Part shown: piece by piece, positions 46,344 through 57,716 of the stretch
Numbering within the stretch: the stretch's first letter is position 1
Layout: each line of letters starts with the position of its first letter
Source of the DNA: Vitrella brassicaformis CCMP3155
Lineage: Eukaryota > Protista > Chromerida
Direction of reading: 5' to 3'
Assembly: GCA_001179505.1 (NCBI GenBank)
Contig: CDMY01000502.1
Location: forward strand, 1-63,549
DNA: 63,549 bases
Notes under the pieces: generated by a model
Told to the model about the DNA's origin: nothing
What the model saw: the letters and a program-made list of their open reading frames with translations, nothing else
Databases searched by the model: none
Program-made: the position numbers and the translations under genes

Positions 46344-48264
46344 TCAGTGCCTGCAAGGGCTGTCATGCTCGTCAAAAGACCGAAACCTCACCAAGCCCTC
46401 CTGGATCACTCTTAACCACGACCTATCCCTGAGCACGTCAATGCGGAATGCATCAGGCAGCGACGGCGGGTGAGAGGGGGCAGGTGCAGCTGCCGCCCAC
46501 TGCTTGCCGTCCCACCGCACTGTCTGCGGCACGAAGAAGGAGAGATACCACTCGCCGCCATCCCACCTGCAATGCAGACACACAGATGTGATAACATACC
46601 TGTAGGAGCATTTTTCCTCTCCCACACTTACGTTAGGTTGAGGGCAGGTTGGTCGTGGCCACTCTCCTTCTGCAAGGGCCTCAATGTGACGAAGAATGGC
46701 TGTGGCTGTGGCTTCCTCAGCTCGGCGCCGATGAGGCGCTGTATCTCTACCAGCGGCACGTCGAACGGCCGGAAGGGCGGCGAAGTGGGCGAGGGGGCCG
46801 TCCACCGAGGCGGACAGATCCACAATGCCGCCTCAAGACCAACCTGCAGCCACAAACCACGCATCCACGTGTGCATATGACTGGCTCAGTCCGTCGGTGC
46901 TCACCTCATCGAGATATCTGCGAATGTCGGGCCTGTAGTACTCAGCGAGGTCGACTTGAAAGCTCCTCAGCGACGTGAGATTGGTCTCCATGACGCGATA
47001 GCTCTGCCCCGCCCCGCTCCACCCGAGCATGCCCACATTCCTCGCCAGCGGCAGCAGAGTGTTGGGCCGCCCGCCCTCGCTCCGCAGGTTGGAAAACATG
47101 GCAAGCGCCGGATAGGTCCGCAGACCGAGGTACGGGCTCAGACCCCAGAACCACACAATGCCACTCGACAGCCTGGTAACCCACGACAGGCTTCTTGGCT
47201 CCTTGGCAGCCCTCTTTGCTGATGGAGGGGGGGAGGGAATGGGGGAGGGGGCGACGATGAGGGCAGCGAGCTGACAGATAGACACCGTCACGACCCAGGT
47301 CACTCCCACAGGAAATAAGTTGTAGTTGGGATACTCGAAGTAAGGCCCTTTCGGCACGAACGCATAGACGATCGCAGCCACAGCAGCACCAACCGCCAGG
47401 GCCACATAGCCGCCCCCGAGCCTCTCCATGGCCCTCTCGAACACACGCGGCCGCACCAGCACATAAAAGCACATCATGCAGATGGAGAAGGGATAGAAGG
47501 ACGCAGGCGGGGGCGGCACGGCGAGGAAGATGTGAAATCCCAGGCCCATCAGCATGCCGATTTCTCGAGAGCGCTCGAACCAGAAGCATGCAGAGATGGC
47601 CGTCTCGCCGATGAGGGCGCCCCAGTGCGCGTGACGCAGCATGAACTTGACGACAGACGAGTGGATCAAGGAAGCGGGCAGGTACTGCTTGACCACGATA
47701 GCCAGCACCTGGTTAGCACAGCTCCTGCGGGCCACCAGGAAGTCGGTGTTGAACTTGTGCAGAGCGGCCACCGTGTACAGCGATGCCATCTGGTAGCCCA
47801 GCACGTGGGCCAGCTCCCTCTGCATGTCCTTTCGCCGTTTCTTGTTCGTCATGCCGAGCACCACCACAGCAACCACAGAGGCAGCGAAGCACATCTCTGT
47901 TAGGATGTGGTTTGACAGCGGGCCGAGAACAAAGTCGTAGACGAGGGAGAGCGCCGTGCTGGCCAATAAGAGGGGCAGCCGGGACGGCAGCACCAGCAGG
48001 GAAGCGTTGACAAGGGCCACACAGAGGGGAATGATGCGATGCAGATCCACAAAAGGAACACGGGTCACTGCCAGACACACAGACCGACACACACACGGGC
48101 ATCATGAAGCATGCAGATTCGTGCTCATTACCTCCGTTGGCAGCCACTGCTGCGTGCAGTGCAGCACTGGGCGTCAGATCTTTCACCACGTGCAGCAGCT
48201 GGGTGGACGCCCATAAGAAGGCGAACACAGCGAGGCCATCCGTCGATTTCATCACTGCAGGCAT
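46344..48264 (-). CDS. HTTM-domain (vitamin K-dependent carboxylase-like) multipass membrane protein, bacterial type
   Basis: Motifs: YQMASLYTVAALHKFNTDFL...SCA, WGALIGE...GMLMGLGFHIFL, FYPFS, PYLGLRTYPALAMFSNLRSEGG and C-terminal LVRFRSF...CRH. About 10 hydrophobic segments are visible. Confidence 0.75.
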
Positions 48265-48345
48265 CACGCAGCAGCCAGGAGGCGACACACGAAGCCAAAA
48301 CAGTCCGAAGAAAGCTCCCTTTCCTCCCTCCCTCAACAACATGAA

Positions 48346-48353
48346 AGCTCGCA
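48346..48353 (-). promoter_or_regulatory. TGCGAGCT motif, 81 bp upstream of the HTTM ATG, inside a 190-bp bidirectional promoter
   Basis: The plus strand reads AGCTCGCA. Confidence 0.55.
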
Positions 48354-48457
48354 CGGGTGGTCGCCGTTTCTCGCCTTCCCCCCTTCCCCTTTTTCCTCCC
48401 CAGGCGTCCTCTCCCCAAGCCGCTGTGCGTCCACCGTTGTTCATCTTTCCTTCCAGA

Positions 48458-49179
48458 ATGCTGTCCCTCATCCGCTCCTCGCGCTTTGTTGCCGTCCCTG
48501 CTACCCGGCTGCTCCGCCCCTTCGCCAGCGTGGCTGCCACACACAACACCCCTCAGGAGTGGTAAGCGAACGGAGAATGATGGTGCCCAGGAAGGATACG
48601 GTCTCCACACACCTCTGTTCGTTTTGGTGTGTGTGTGTTCAGGGGGTCGAAGATGTTTGATATGCTCGACCTGGACATGAACGGCTACGTAAGCCACCAC
48701 CCGACCGACAAGCAGGAACAGGCAAAGGCACGTGGCAAGTTGCTTGCGCTGCGTTGTTTGTGTGTCACTCAGGTGGAGAAGGACGAGCTGAAGAGGGTGT
48801 GTTGGTGTTCTGGTCAGTCCAAGGAGAGCGCTGAGAAACAGTGGTGTGAGGTGCTGGCGTGTGGTGCGCCGTGTGTCGACGAAAACATCGCACACTGGAT
48901 CAGCAAGTGAGAGAGGGAGGGAGGGAGGGAGGCAGGGAGGGAAGGGCAGCGCGGGGAGGCAGTGCACTTATGTGGTGTGGTGTGGTTTGGTGCGTGCCGT
49001 GTGGTCGTGTGTGCAGGGACGAGTACGTCAAGTACTGGATGAAGCAGACCGCCGACAAGATCCAGCCCGACGGCCACTACACGCCCGCCTTCGAGAAGAC
49101 GCTGCAGCAGAAGGCCCAGGAGCTCAAAGTGAATTCACTCAACGCAGAGCTGTTCGTCAGTGAGCACCCGGAGGCCTAG
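48458..49179 (+). CDS. Small EF-hand protein with a mitochondrial-type presequence
   Basis: MLSLIRSSRFVAVPATRLLRPFAS is Arg/Ser-rich with no acidic residues. It has a canonical loop DLDMNGY|VEKDE and a second, degenerate loop DENIAHWISK|DE. Confidence 0.8.
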
Positions 49180-50208
49180 CGAACTCAGCTAACGCTCTCA
49201 CACCCCACCCACGTAGCTTCGGCTCGTTTCGCACCGCTTGGTTTTTTCCCGTCGTTTCTTTTCGTGTTTTTTTGCCGTGTTGGTCGATGAGAGTTACTGC
49301 GAGAGGGTGTGGGTACGCGAGAGGGGGGCAGTGTTTCCCATTGCAATGCATCTCCGTACTGTGAGAGTGACATCTATGACGTCCACATCTACTTCTCCCC
49401 CTTGTGTCTGTCTTGTGTTTATACATTCCTGTGTTGTCTGCGTACGTGTACGCCAATACGGGTTGCGCCCGTGTGTGTTTTCCGAAGTTTTTCCTCCCTC
49501 GTGGCCAGCGCATGAAAGAGAGAGAGAGAGAGTGTGTCCCGCTGCCCCTACTTGCGCGTGGAGCACTGTGTATTTAAGAGAGGGGATGGCGTGGAACACT
49601 GAGGGAATGAACACGTACGTGTACACAGTAGAGTGGTGCACCGAGGTGCATCCACCCTGTGAGCGCCCATCTCTGCCTGGCTGTCTGCCTGTCTGTCTGG
49701 CTCTCTGTGAATCACGCTGTGCGTGAGAAGTGTGTGGCACGGATACGTCGTGTCTGTACATTTTCCTGTATCCTGTGTGTGTGTAGCTGTGCAGAGAGCC
49801 TATCTATCCATCTATCCATGTGTCTTGACCGACGGTGCTTACTGCTGAGGAGAGGCACGGCGAGGGGGAGAGGGGAGGGGAGAGGAGAGGAAGTGTCCAT
49901 CCGTTCACGTGCACATGAGCTGACTGACGGCGAGGGACGGACCATGACCTCTTTTTCCTCTCGTTCTTCTGCTGATATCTTGCTGACTGTTCCGTGTGCC
50001 TTGTGCGGCTCCGAGGTCTCGTGTGCGCGTGAAGGTTCATGCGTGTGCGATGCGTCGGTGCTGTCCGGGAGAACATAGAACAATCAGCCAAGTGACGTGG
50101 AACACATGGACGTGTCCTTGTGCATTCTGATTATGCTGATTGTGCTGTCTGTCGTGCTTGGCCATCGCCCTCAGCGAATTTACGTCTGAACACGGTGCGC
50201 AGGAGGGG

Positions 50209-51243
50209 ATGTTCTTCTTGGCTTTCCTGTTCACGTTGGGACTCCTGGGGGTGGAGGGTGACAAGGCCATCACCCCCGCAGAGACTGCAGCGTCAAGCCG
50301 CGTGCACCTCTCTCCTGCAGAAGATGCGACGACCAGGCTGCGTGAGGTCGCCCAACGGCTAAAAGAGCTGCTGGGCGACACAGGGAGCGGCAGTGTCGGC
50401 ACAAATCACATCGACGCTGCTGATGCCGACGGCATGACGAGAGATGACGGGGCCTCACGCGAGCAAGGCGATTGTCCCAGTGAGCATGATGAGCCAGAGC
50501 AGATCAGAGCATCTTCGAGTGGCCTCTGGTGATGCTGTCTTTGTGCATGTGGTTGGGCTGTCTGCAGCGAACTACAATCGGGTCATTGGACCCAGCACGA
50601 CAGCTGAACTCGACGTGACATCGGACAGCCTCCTGTGGGGCGAGCCGGGACCGGAGGCGGCTGCCTTTCTGATCTTTGTCCTCGATTCAGCAACAGGAGA
50701 TGCGACCCTACGGGTGACCGACCGCACAACCAGGTACGCACGTACAGCAGAGGGCAGGGGGCGGCGATAACCACCGTCACACTCGCTCGATGGCGCTTTG
50801 CGTGCGTCTATTGTTCATGTGTGCAGTGAGTTTGCGGAGAGCGCGACCAGCGGCCAAGAAGTGGTGAGGGTTGAGACGGCAGGCATCCCGGGGTCACCGG
50901 GCGTACAATGGACGGTGGGGTGGGTCTGACACGGGGCCGCATGGGCCCAGCATGAAGCTACGTTGCTGTGTGTCTTTCGATGTTCTCAGGTCACGTGCTC
51001 GAGTGGTGCGCCCGATTGTGAGTGGGTACGCAGGCCGGCAGTCAGAGTGAATCACACAGGCGAAGACTGACAGCCGTGGCTGAACACTTTTCTCTCTTCG
51101 CTCGGTGTGTGTGTATGTGTGTGTGTGTAAAGACATTGTCTGTCTACGAGCACACAGGTGAGTGTGTCCTCCCTGCGGGTGCGGACATCGACGGCGTCGG
51201 GGTAACTATCGATGATGACGTGGTGACCCTTACAGTACCGTAG
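50209..51243 (+). CDS. Secreted protein A (tandem paralogue of 51622-52605)
   Basis: Signal peptide MFFLAFLFTLGLLGVEG, helix EDATTRLREVAQRLKELL, then FLIFVLDSATG, QWT|VTC...CEW|TLSVYEHTGEC...TVP*. Confidence 0.7.
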
Positions 51244-51621
51244 CGTAGGCCGGCAAGAAATTGCTGCTTTTTGTGTCGGTCTCTCCCCGCCTTGTACGTG
51301 TACTCGCCATTTTTCACTCACTAGATCACCTCTGCGTTTTGTGTCCGCCTGTCTGTACAGCTGTGTTTGTTTGTCTGTCCTCGACTCTCAGAGCTGCATG
51401 ACTTACGTGTGTCCTGCCTGCCCGGATAGAGACCGTAGGGATGAGATGGATGCGAAAAGGAGGATGGTGTGTGGTGTGTGTCTGCCCATCGGCCTGCCAT
51501 GGAAAGACGCACATGTGCACCCCAGACCCATCTGCACCTCGCCTTTGGTACGTATATGTCTGTTTGAGTGCAAACTTACTTCGTTTACATCGTGTACGAA
51601 CCAATCCTGCCTCGTCACATC

Positions 51622-52605
51622 ATGGAGGGCTTCTTGGCGCTGGGCTGCGTCTATTTGCTATGCCTGGGAGCATTTGCAGCTCCACTGCGCGATGCGCGGC
51701 AAAAAGCCGAGGTGACGACGCCTCCCCCTGAAGACACCGAGGCCAGAGAGCGGCTGATGGACCTCACTGACAAGCTGGGACAGCTGCTGGAAGCAAGGGG
51801 CCGCCAAGAGCAAGACGAGGGTCAGCGTGTGCAGAATCTGATGCCAATCTGCCACCCCCCCTCTCTTGCTGTTGTTTGCCTGCAGTCGTCGTGCCTGAGC
51901 AAGAATGCCCAGGTACGTGCGTAGGCCAGTCAACCTTCACTGCATTTTGCACCTGTTGATTGCTCACACGGATGGGTGAGTGCAGATGTGGAGAGGAGAG
52001 AGAGTGGCACTGCCACCGAGAACACCTCTGGCACCTACCGATGGTATGCCCCTGTTGAGGACTACATGGTCTTTGCTTTGGACTCCCGCACGACAGGCGC
52101 AAACGCCGCACTCACCGTCACCTTCGACGGGTACACGTGTGTGTCATTGCCCGGAGGGATTTCTCGCGCGATGGACCGGACCCCGTGTGTGCTTTGTGCA
52201 TGTCAGAGTGACTGAGACCAGTGCGGCGGCCACCGACAACACTCGGGGTGCGCCATACAAAGCTCCCTCTTGCATGCATGGGCTGCTCATTCCTTCCTGT
52301 GCCCATGCGTGTGTGTAGACATTTATGAGAACGCTATTGCGGTCCGGACAGGCCGCGAGACTGGCTCTGCCGACTGGGCGGTCGAATGCGATGCGGCTTG
52401 CGAATGGGTTCGTAAGCGAAAAGGAAACGGCACACTTATCGCCAGATCACTTAATTGTGCACTGGCTGCTTCGGTTGCTATGCCTGGTGCACTCACTGCA
52501 CAGAGGTTGGATATTTTCCAGCACACGGGATTGTGTGACCCTCAAATCACCGTAACTCTCGTGGACGTCGATATCACTTCAAATCCAAACCTGATTATTA
52601 TCTGA
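51622..52605 (+). CDS. Secreted protein B (tandem paralogue of 50209-51243)
   Basis: Signal peptide MEGFLALGCVYLLCLGAFA, helix EARERLMDLTDKLGQLL, then YMVFALDSRTTG, DWAVEC...CEW|RLDIFQHTGLC...LIII*. Confidence 0.7.
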
Positions 52606-53230
52606 AGATGAGCGGACTTTCGTACGCTTCATGTGAAGACGCGAAGGTGAGAGGAACAAAGACCTGATGGTGCGCACAAACGTGGGCCTTTTGCGTGTAT
52701 GTGTGTTCCCCTGTCCGTAACCCATACGCAGGAGAGCACGGCTGCAGCCACCAGCCAGCCGGCCATTTTCGTTTTTGGTACCCTGGTTTATATGTCCTTG
52801 CAGTGCCTGTCCTGTTGTCTGTGGTCGACTCATCGCTTTTGTACATTCTAGTGGGTGTGGGGGTGCTGTGTGGGGCTTAATTCATACGGACTGGGGTGAT
52901 GCGTCCTCAGAATCGAGGAGTACACGCCTTGGCTCAACTAGTATGTGTGTGTATAAAAGTCAAGCAACAGTCACCACCGAGTGGTCTAGGAGATGCCTAC
53001 TCAAAAATACTGCACAGACAGACACCTGACTGACACACCTGGCACAAAGATGTAACAAAACACACAGGGTGAGCGATACATTGATCGCCCGCCCTTCACA
53101 AATCAATGCAGCCCCACTCTGTATCGCACTGCGTGGATGCGCCACCTGTATCCATCCACTCACTCATGCATTAGCCACACAGGGCGGCACATACACAAAC
53201 GAGGCAAGGCATTCATTCGATCAGCAGCAT

Positions 53231-56200
53231 TCACTCCTCTGTCTCGGCTTTGTCTCTCAGGAAAGCGCCGCTCCTGGTTGTTGTCTCATTCCGCCTGGCC
53301 CTCTCAATGGTAGCAGGGGCGTCGTCGCACACGATAGTGATGTCGCTCTGGAAGCCGCTCTCGCACAGATTCGTGACGAGAAGCGCGTATGCGCCAGGCT
53401 CCACAATAAGTGCTGGGGGGCTTGTAGGCCCCACTGTCGCGCGAAGGACCGACGGCTCGAAGTACAGTCCACTCTCGCAGCCCCGAAACACATGCACCTG
53501 TGTCGTGTCGACCGACTCATCATTGTTGGCGTTCAGGCTCAACGACGCGGGGCGTCCAAACTCCGCCAAGACCAGCCGCTGCGAGTACGACTTGCCCGGG
53601 CATTCCTCAGTGACCTTCGTGTCGAACACGGGAAGTGGGCTGTTGAGCTCCGTCACGTCGAAAGTAACACGCTGGCCTCCACCATCGCATGCCTGGGGTC
53701 CATCAGGCAGCAGATTGATGACGAAGTCATCGTCCAAAGTGCTTGGCGGGCAGCCCGCTGCAGAGACACACAGCGAATCCATGAAGAGCAGATGAGCAAT
53801 GGGTACACGTGTGGCTGTGTATGTCTGTTGTACGTATGGGAAGTTCTTGTGTGCCAGGCTCCAGCGCAATAAAAGGGAGCCTCTCGGCGCCGATGAAGCG
53901 CCGAATGCGGGGCGACTGGACCGGCGAACGGGGCGCGAACTCGGGGACTGAAAGGGGGCTCAGAGGGGAGAGGAGACAGGGTGTGAGCAAGCAAGCGTCT
54001 TTTTCTCACTTTCAACTTGGCAGTTCCTTTTGACTACTGTGCCCTCTATCGACAGCGCCTCCTCAGGCAGCTCCGGGTAGATGATTGCGACCAGGCTGTC
54101 GCCCGCACGGATGGTGCCATCCAACTCATTATACGTCAGCTCCGAGGCTGACGTGTCGACCACTATCTCGTCCGCTCTGCACCCTCCGTCTGGGGTCAGA
54201 CCGAAGTTCAGCGACGTGTCCACTGTGTGGGGTGCCCCATCGCCCGAGTCGGTCACGAAGATGCGCGCTCCTTGCTCGCCCGATTCCACATCGAGGGAAA
54301 GGAAAATAGTGTCCCGCCTGCCGTCGTCTTCACTTGGTGATAAACCATAGATCTCGATGGCGCTCGAGTCGCTCATGGAGCCCTCGACGGTGATGTAGTC
54401 GCTCCCCGGGCCGCCAGTGATGGTGAGAGACAGCGTGTCACCGGCCGGTGCAGTCGTGACCTTAATGCAGTCGTCACCGGCCAGCGCGTCGACGATCAGG
54501 TCTCCACCGGCAGGTGGATCGACGGTTGCCTCGATAATGTCAGCATTGGGCGTTCCTGGGCACGGTAAAGCTCCGTCTCTGAGCGTGCATTCCACGTTGG
54601 GGTCCGCGTGTCCCTCGGCCGCTGCCAAACACGTGGGAATGCCATCTGAAAGACAGGGGCACAGTCAAAGCCATGTCCATACTGTATGTCCGTTGCAGCT
54701 GCGGCCTTACCGAGAGATGTCACTGCTGCGAACGCGTCGACAAGTCCGAACCCAGTGGCAGCGTCGTAGCCCTCGTCGAAGCCCCCGCCCCCCTGCTGGC
54801 TCAGGTCGATCACATCGTCCATGTCCACAGCCGTCTCCTTCAGGACGGCAGCAAGCTCAGCGGGTGTCAGCGTGGGATCCCATTCCAGCAGCAGGGAGGC
54901 CACTGCCGCGACGTGCGGCGCCGCTACTGATGTGCCGAAGAACGATGGAAACCCACTGCCGTCCTCATCTTCCCCGAGGAATGTAGTGTCGGTGCCGTCG
55001 ACCCCAGTGACGTCAGGCTTGCGTCTGACTTCGGGGTTCTCAAGTCGGTTGCCGTCTACATCGAAGAGGATGGGCGTGTTGCCGTGGCCAGAGAAGGGCT
55101 CGGCAATGGGCGGAGACACCTCGTCGTACACTGGCGTGTCGGCGTACTGCAGCGACCAAAGACAAGAGAGTGACTCAAGAGAGAACGTCTATCCGTGTTT
55201 GTCTCTCCTCACGTATGCTGCCCCCACGGTAAGGGCGCCCTCGACATTGGGATGACCGAAAATCGTTGGGCCGCCGTTGAAGAAGGTGACCGGGTAGGCA
55301 TCGCCGTCGGATATAAAGAGGTACTTCATCCTCTCCGGCGGCTCGCCTTCCTTCAGCACGATGCGCATCTTGTAAAGCTCGGAGTCTGGGTCGATGAAGG
55401 GATTCTCCGTCACCTCACTCTGGTCGAAAAAGACCTGTTCGAGGGGGTCGCGATTAATGTTCTCGTCGCGCCCGCCAACATTGGCGATGACGTTGTCGTC
55501 CAAATCAAACAAGACGATGTCAAGGTCAGAAGTGGAGCCACACTCCCCGCCGCACGCAGAAGCGAATGGCTCGTCCTGCCATCGACAATTGACACATGGA
55601 GAAAGGAGCAGTTGGTGTGTGATGGCTTTGTTAACCCACCCATTGGAATATCAGAGTGAAGCTGTCGTCCCTCGGCACACGGATGAGCTGTCGAGGACAA
55701 GGCCGAACACGATGAGGAGGTGTTCTATGGACGCTGTCGGGATCACCTGATAGTTGACGACATTGTCCTCCGTGCCGAAATTGTGCACGGGTAGCGTCTG
55801 TTCCTCTCCAAGGCCGAAGTAGTCGTAGGGGTCCGCTACTAAATCTATCGTCCCGCCATCTCGCCACGTGTTCTCAAAGGCGTTGATGCCATCACTGGAG
55901 GCAACAGATGCACACACCAGAATCAGCCCACGAGGACAAACGTCGTAGGTGTGGTCTGGTTCTTACTTGCTGGCTGCTGTGATGTAGTGGACGCCATCCT
56001 GGACCACCTGGTCCACTGTCTGGGCTACGATGCCGTCCTGGAAGAACGGCTCATTCAAAACAGCTTTCTGACAAATGACATCAGTGCGTAAACATGCCAC
56101 TTGCCCGTCAGCTCCCTGCTTACATCATCGACGAGTATGTCGTTGTCCTCTGCCAGCCGCAAGATGGCATCGACAAAGTTATCACGGCCAACCCCCGTGT

Positions 56201-57131
56201 CGTCCGTCAGAGTGGGCGCAAAGCTCAGCGCAGCATGGGGGGCCAGGTCATAAATTGACTGGGCAATGGCTGCACGTCCACAAAGAGGTGCAGTGCATTC
56301 CTGTATGTGGAAGTTCGCGTACCTCTCCCTTCATCCAGCTGGCTGCCGAAGAAGTCGGGGTAGTCACGTGTCACATCGACGTCAGCAGGGAGGTCGCCAG
56401 TCTCCTGATCAGTTTGTTGTCCACCGGTGGTGTTGAAGGAATTCGAGAGGATGCCTATGGACACGCCACGGCCCGTCAGCCCAAGCCGCTTTCGCACCTC
56501 ATCCACCCGCATCGCCGCATCCGCCTGCAGACAGCCACATCAGCAGAGAACGATACAGTCAATGGACTCACTCGACCGACATGCCATTCGTGATCACCTG
56601 ACTGGTCGCATCCCCACGCGCCGGATCAAAGCTCCCGAGAGCGTCGAGGCGGCGCCCCTTGTCGTGAACGGGGGAGCTGTAGCTGCCGCGTTTCCGTTTC
56701 TGCATGAAGAAGGTTCTCCGTGCATACAGCAGCTGCGGTATGGACGCAAGCTTGCTGACGCGGGCGACAGGGAAGAGGCCCGACACAACTCGCCCATGCA
56801 CGACAGCCGCCTCCATCCCAAGGCCCTGCAGAGCATCCCGCAGCTTCGCCGCATCCTTTCTGCTCGTCGCCGTGGCGTCGATGGCAACGTGTTGGTCAGG
56901 GCGAATGTGGATGCGGGCTGGTGTCTTGGCAGCTCTTCTTGTCGGTGCTGATGGCACAACAGTGGGAAAGGCGAGCCTTCCACGTGGCTCTGTTTCGCTG
57001 TTGATGCCGATGAGATTTGTGAGTGTCCAGCTCAGTTTCTTCTTCAGGGGTTCTTGTGTGCAGCATTGAGTAATCAGCAGAGCGACAATGGACAGCAGCC
57101 TCGCTGGCCTCTCCGAAGAGAGCTTCATCAT
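53231..57131 (-). CDS. Secreted subtilase-fold (S8/S53-like, bacterial-type) protease with prodomain and long acidic C-terminal modules
   Basis: Signal peptide, then GLTGRGVSIGILSNSF, LDEGR|AIAQSIYDLAP, ILVDD|...NEPFFQDGIVAQ, YITAASN, TIFGH, KPDVTGVDG, FFGTSVAAPHVAAVASLL and GYDAATGFGLVDA. Confidence 0.9.
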
Positions 57132-57716
57132 CTCGTTCTTCGCATACACTGTACACAACGGCCGGCCAGGATGAATTTGGAACCGCTTTTCGCTAGACGA
57201 GTCTTACAAAAGGGGACAGCTGGTCACCACGGACGCCCCATACAGAGTCCCAACAAAAGACAAGGGAGGGAGGGGCCTTTCGTCCTGGTGACTATAAAAG
57301 TGCAGCGCACGCACACATGGGAAAATTCGCACTCTGAGCGACCACACTACTACTAACATCACCTCAAATGGACTATCGACGCAACAGAAAACCTGCTATC
57401 TGCGGCTGTCTACAGTGTACACCACACGCACACGGAGACGGCAACGACAAGCTGACAAAGGGAGGCAGACAGACAAACAGACATTGCAAATTGGTCCATG
57501 TCATCGATCGTCATTGTGTGAGTGGTCTGCCTACTTGTAAGCACACATGCGTGTGGCTCCGGGACCATCAGACTGTAGAAAGACCTGCCTTCTCCGATCA
57601 GCAAAAAATCGACAATCAGTCAGTCACCTTGCCGAATGCTGTAGCACCGGTGTGACTTTCCAAACCGCCATCGCACTTCCCACGGCATCCACGAGGAAGC
57701 GATGACTTCTTTGCTC

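Noticed and set aside
50444-50570. Apparent frameshift in secreted protein A
   Set aside because: It is resolved by a 49-nt phase-1 GT-AG intron (TCG A|gtggcc...ctgcag|CG AAC TAC).
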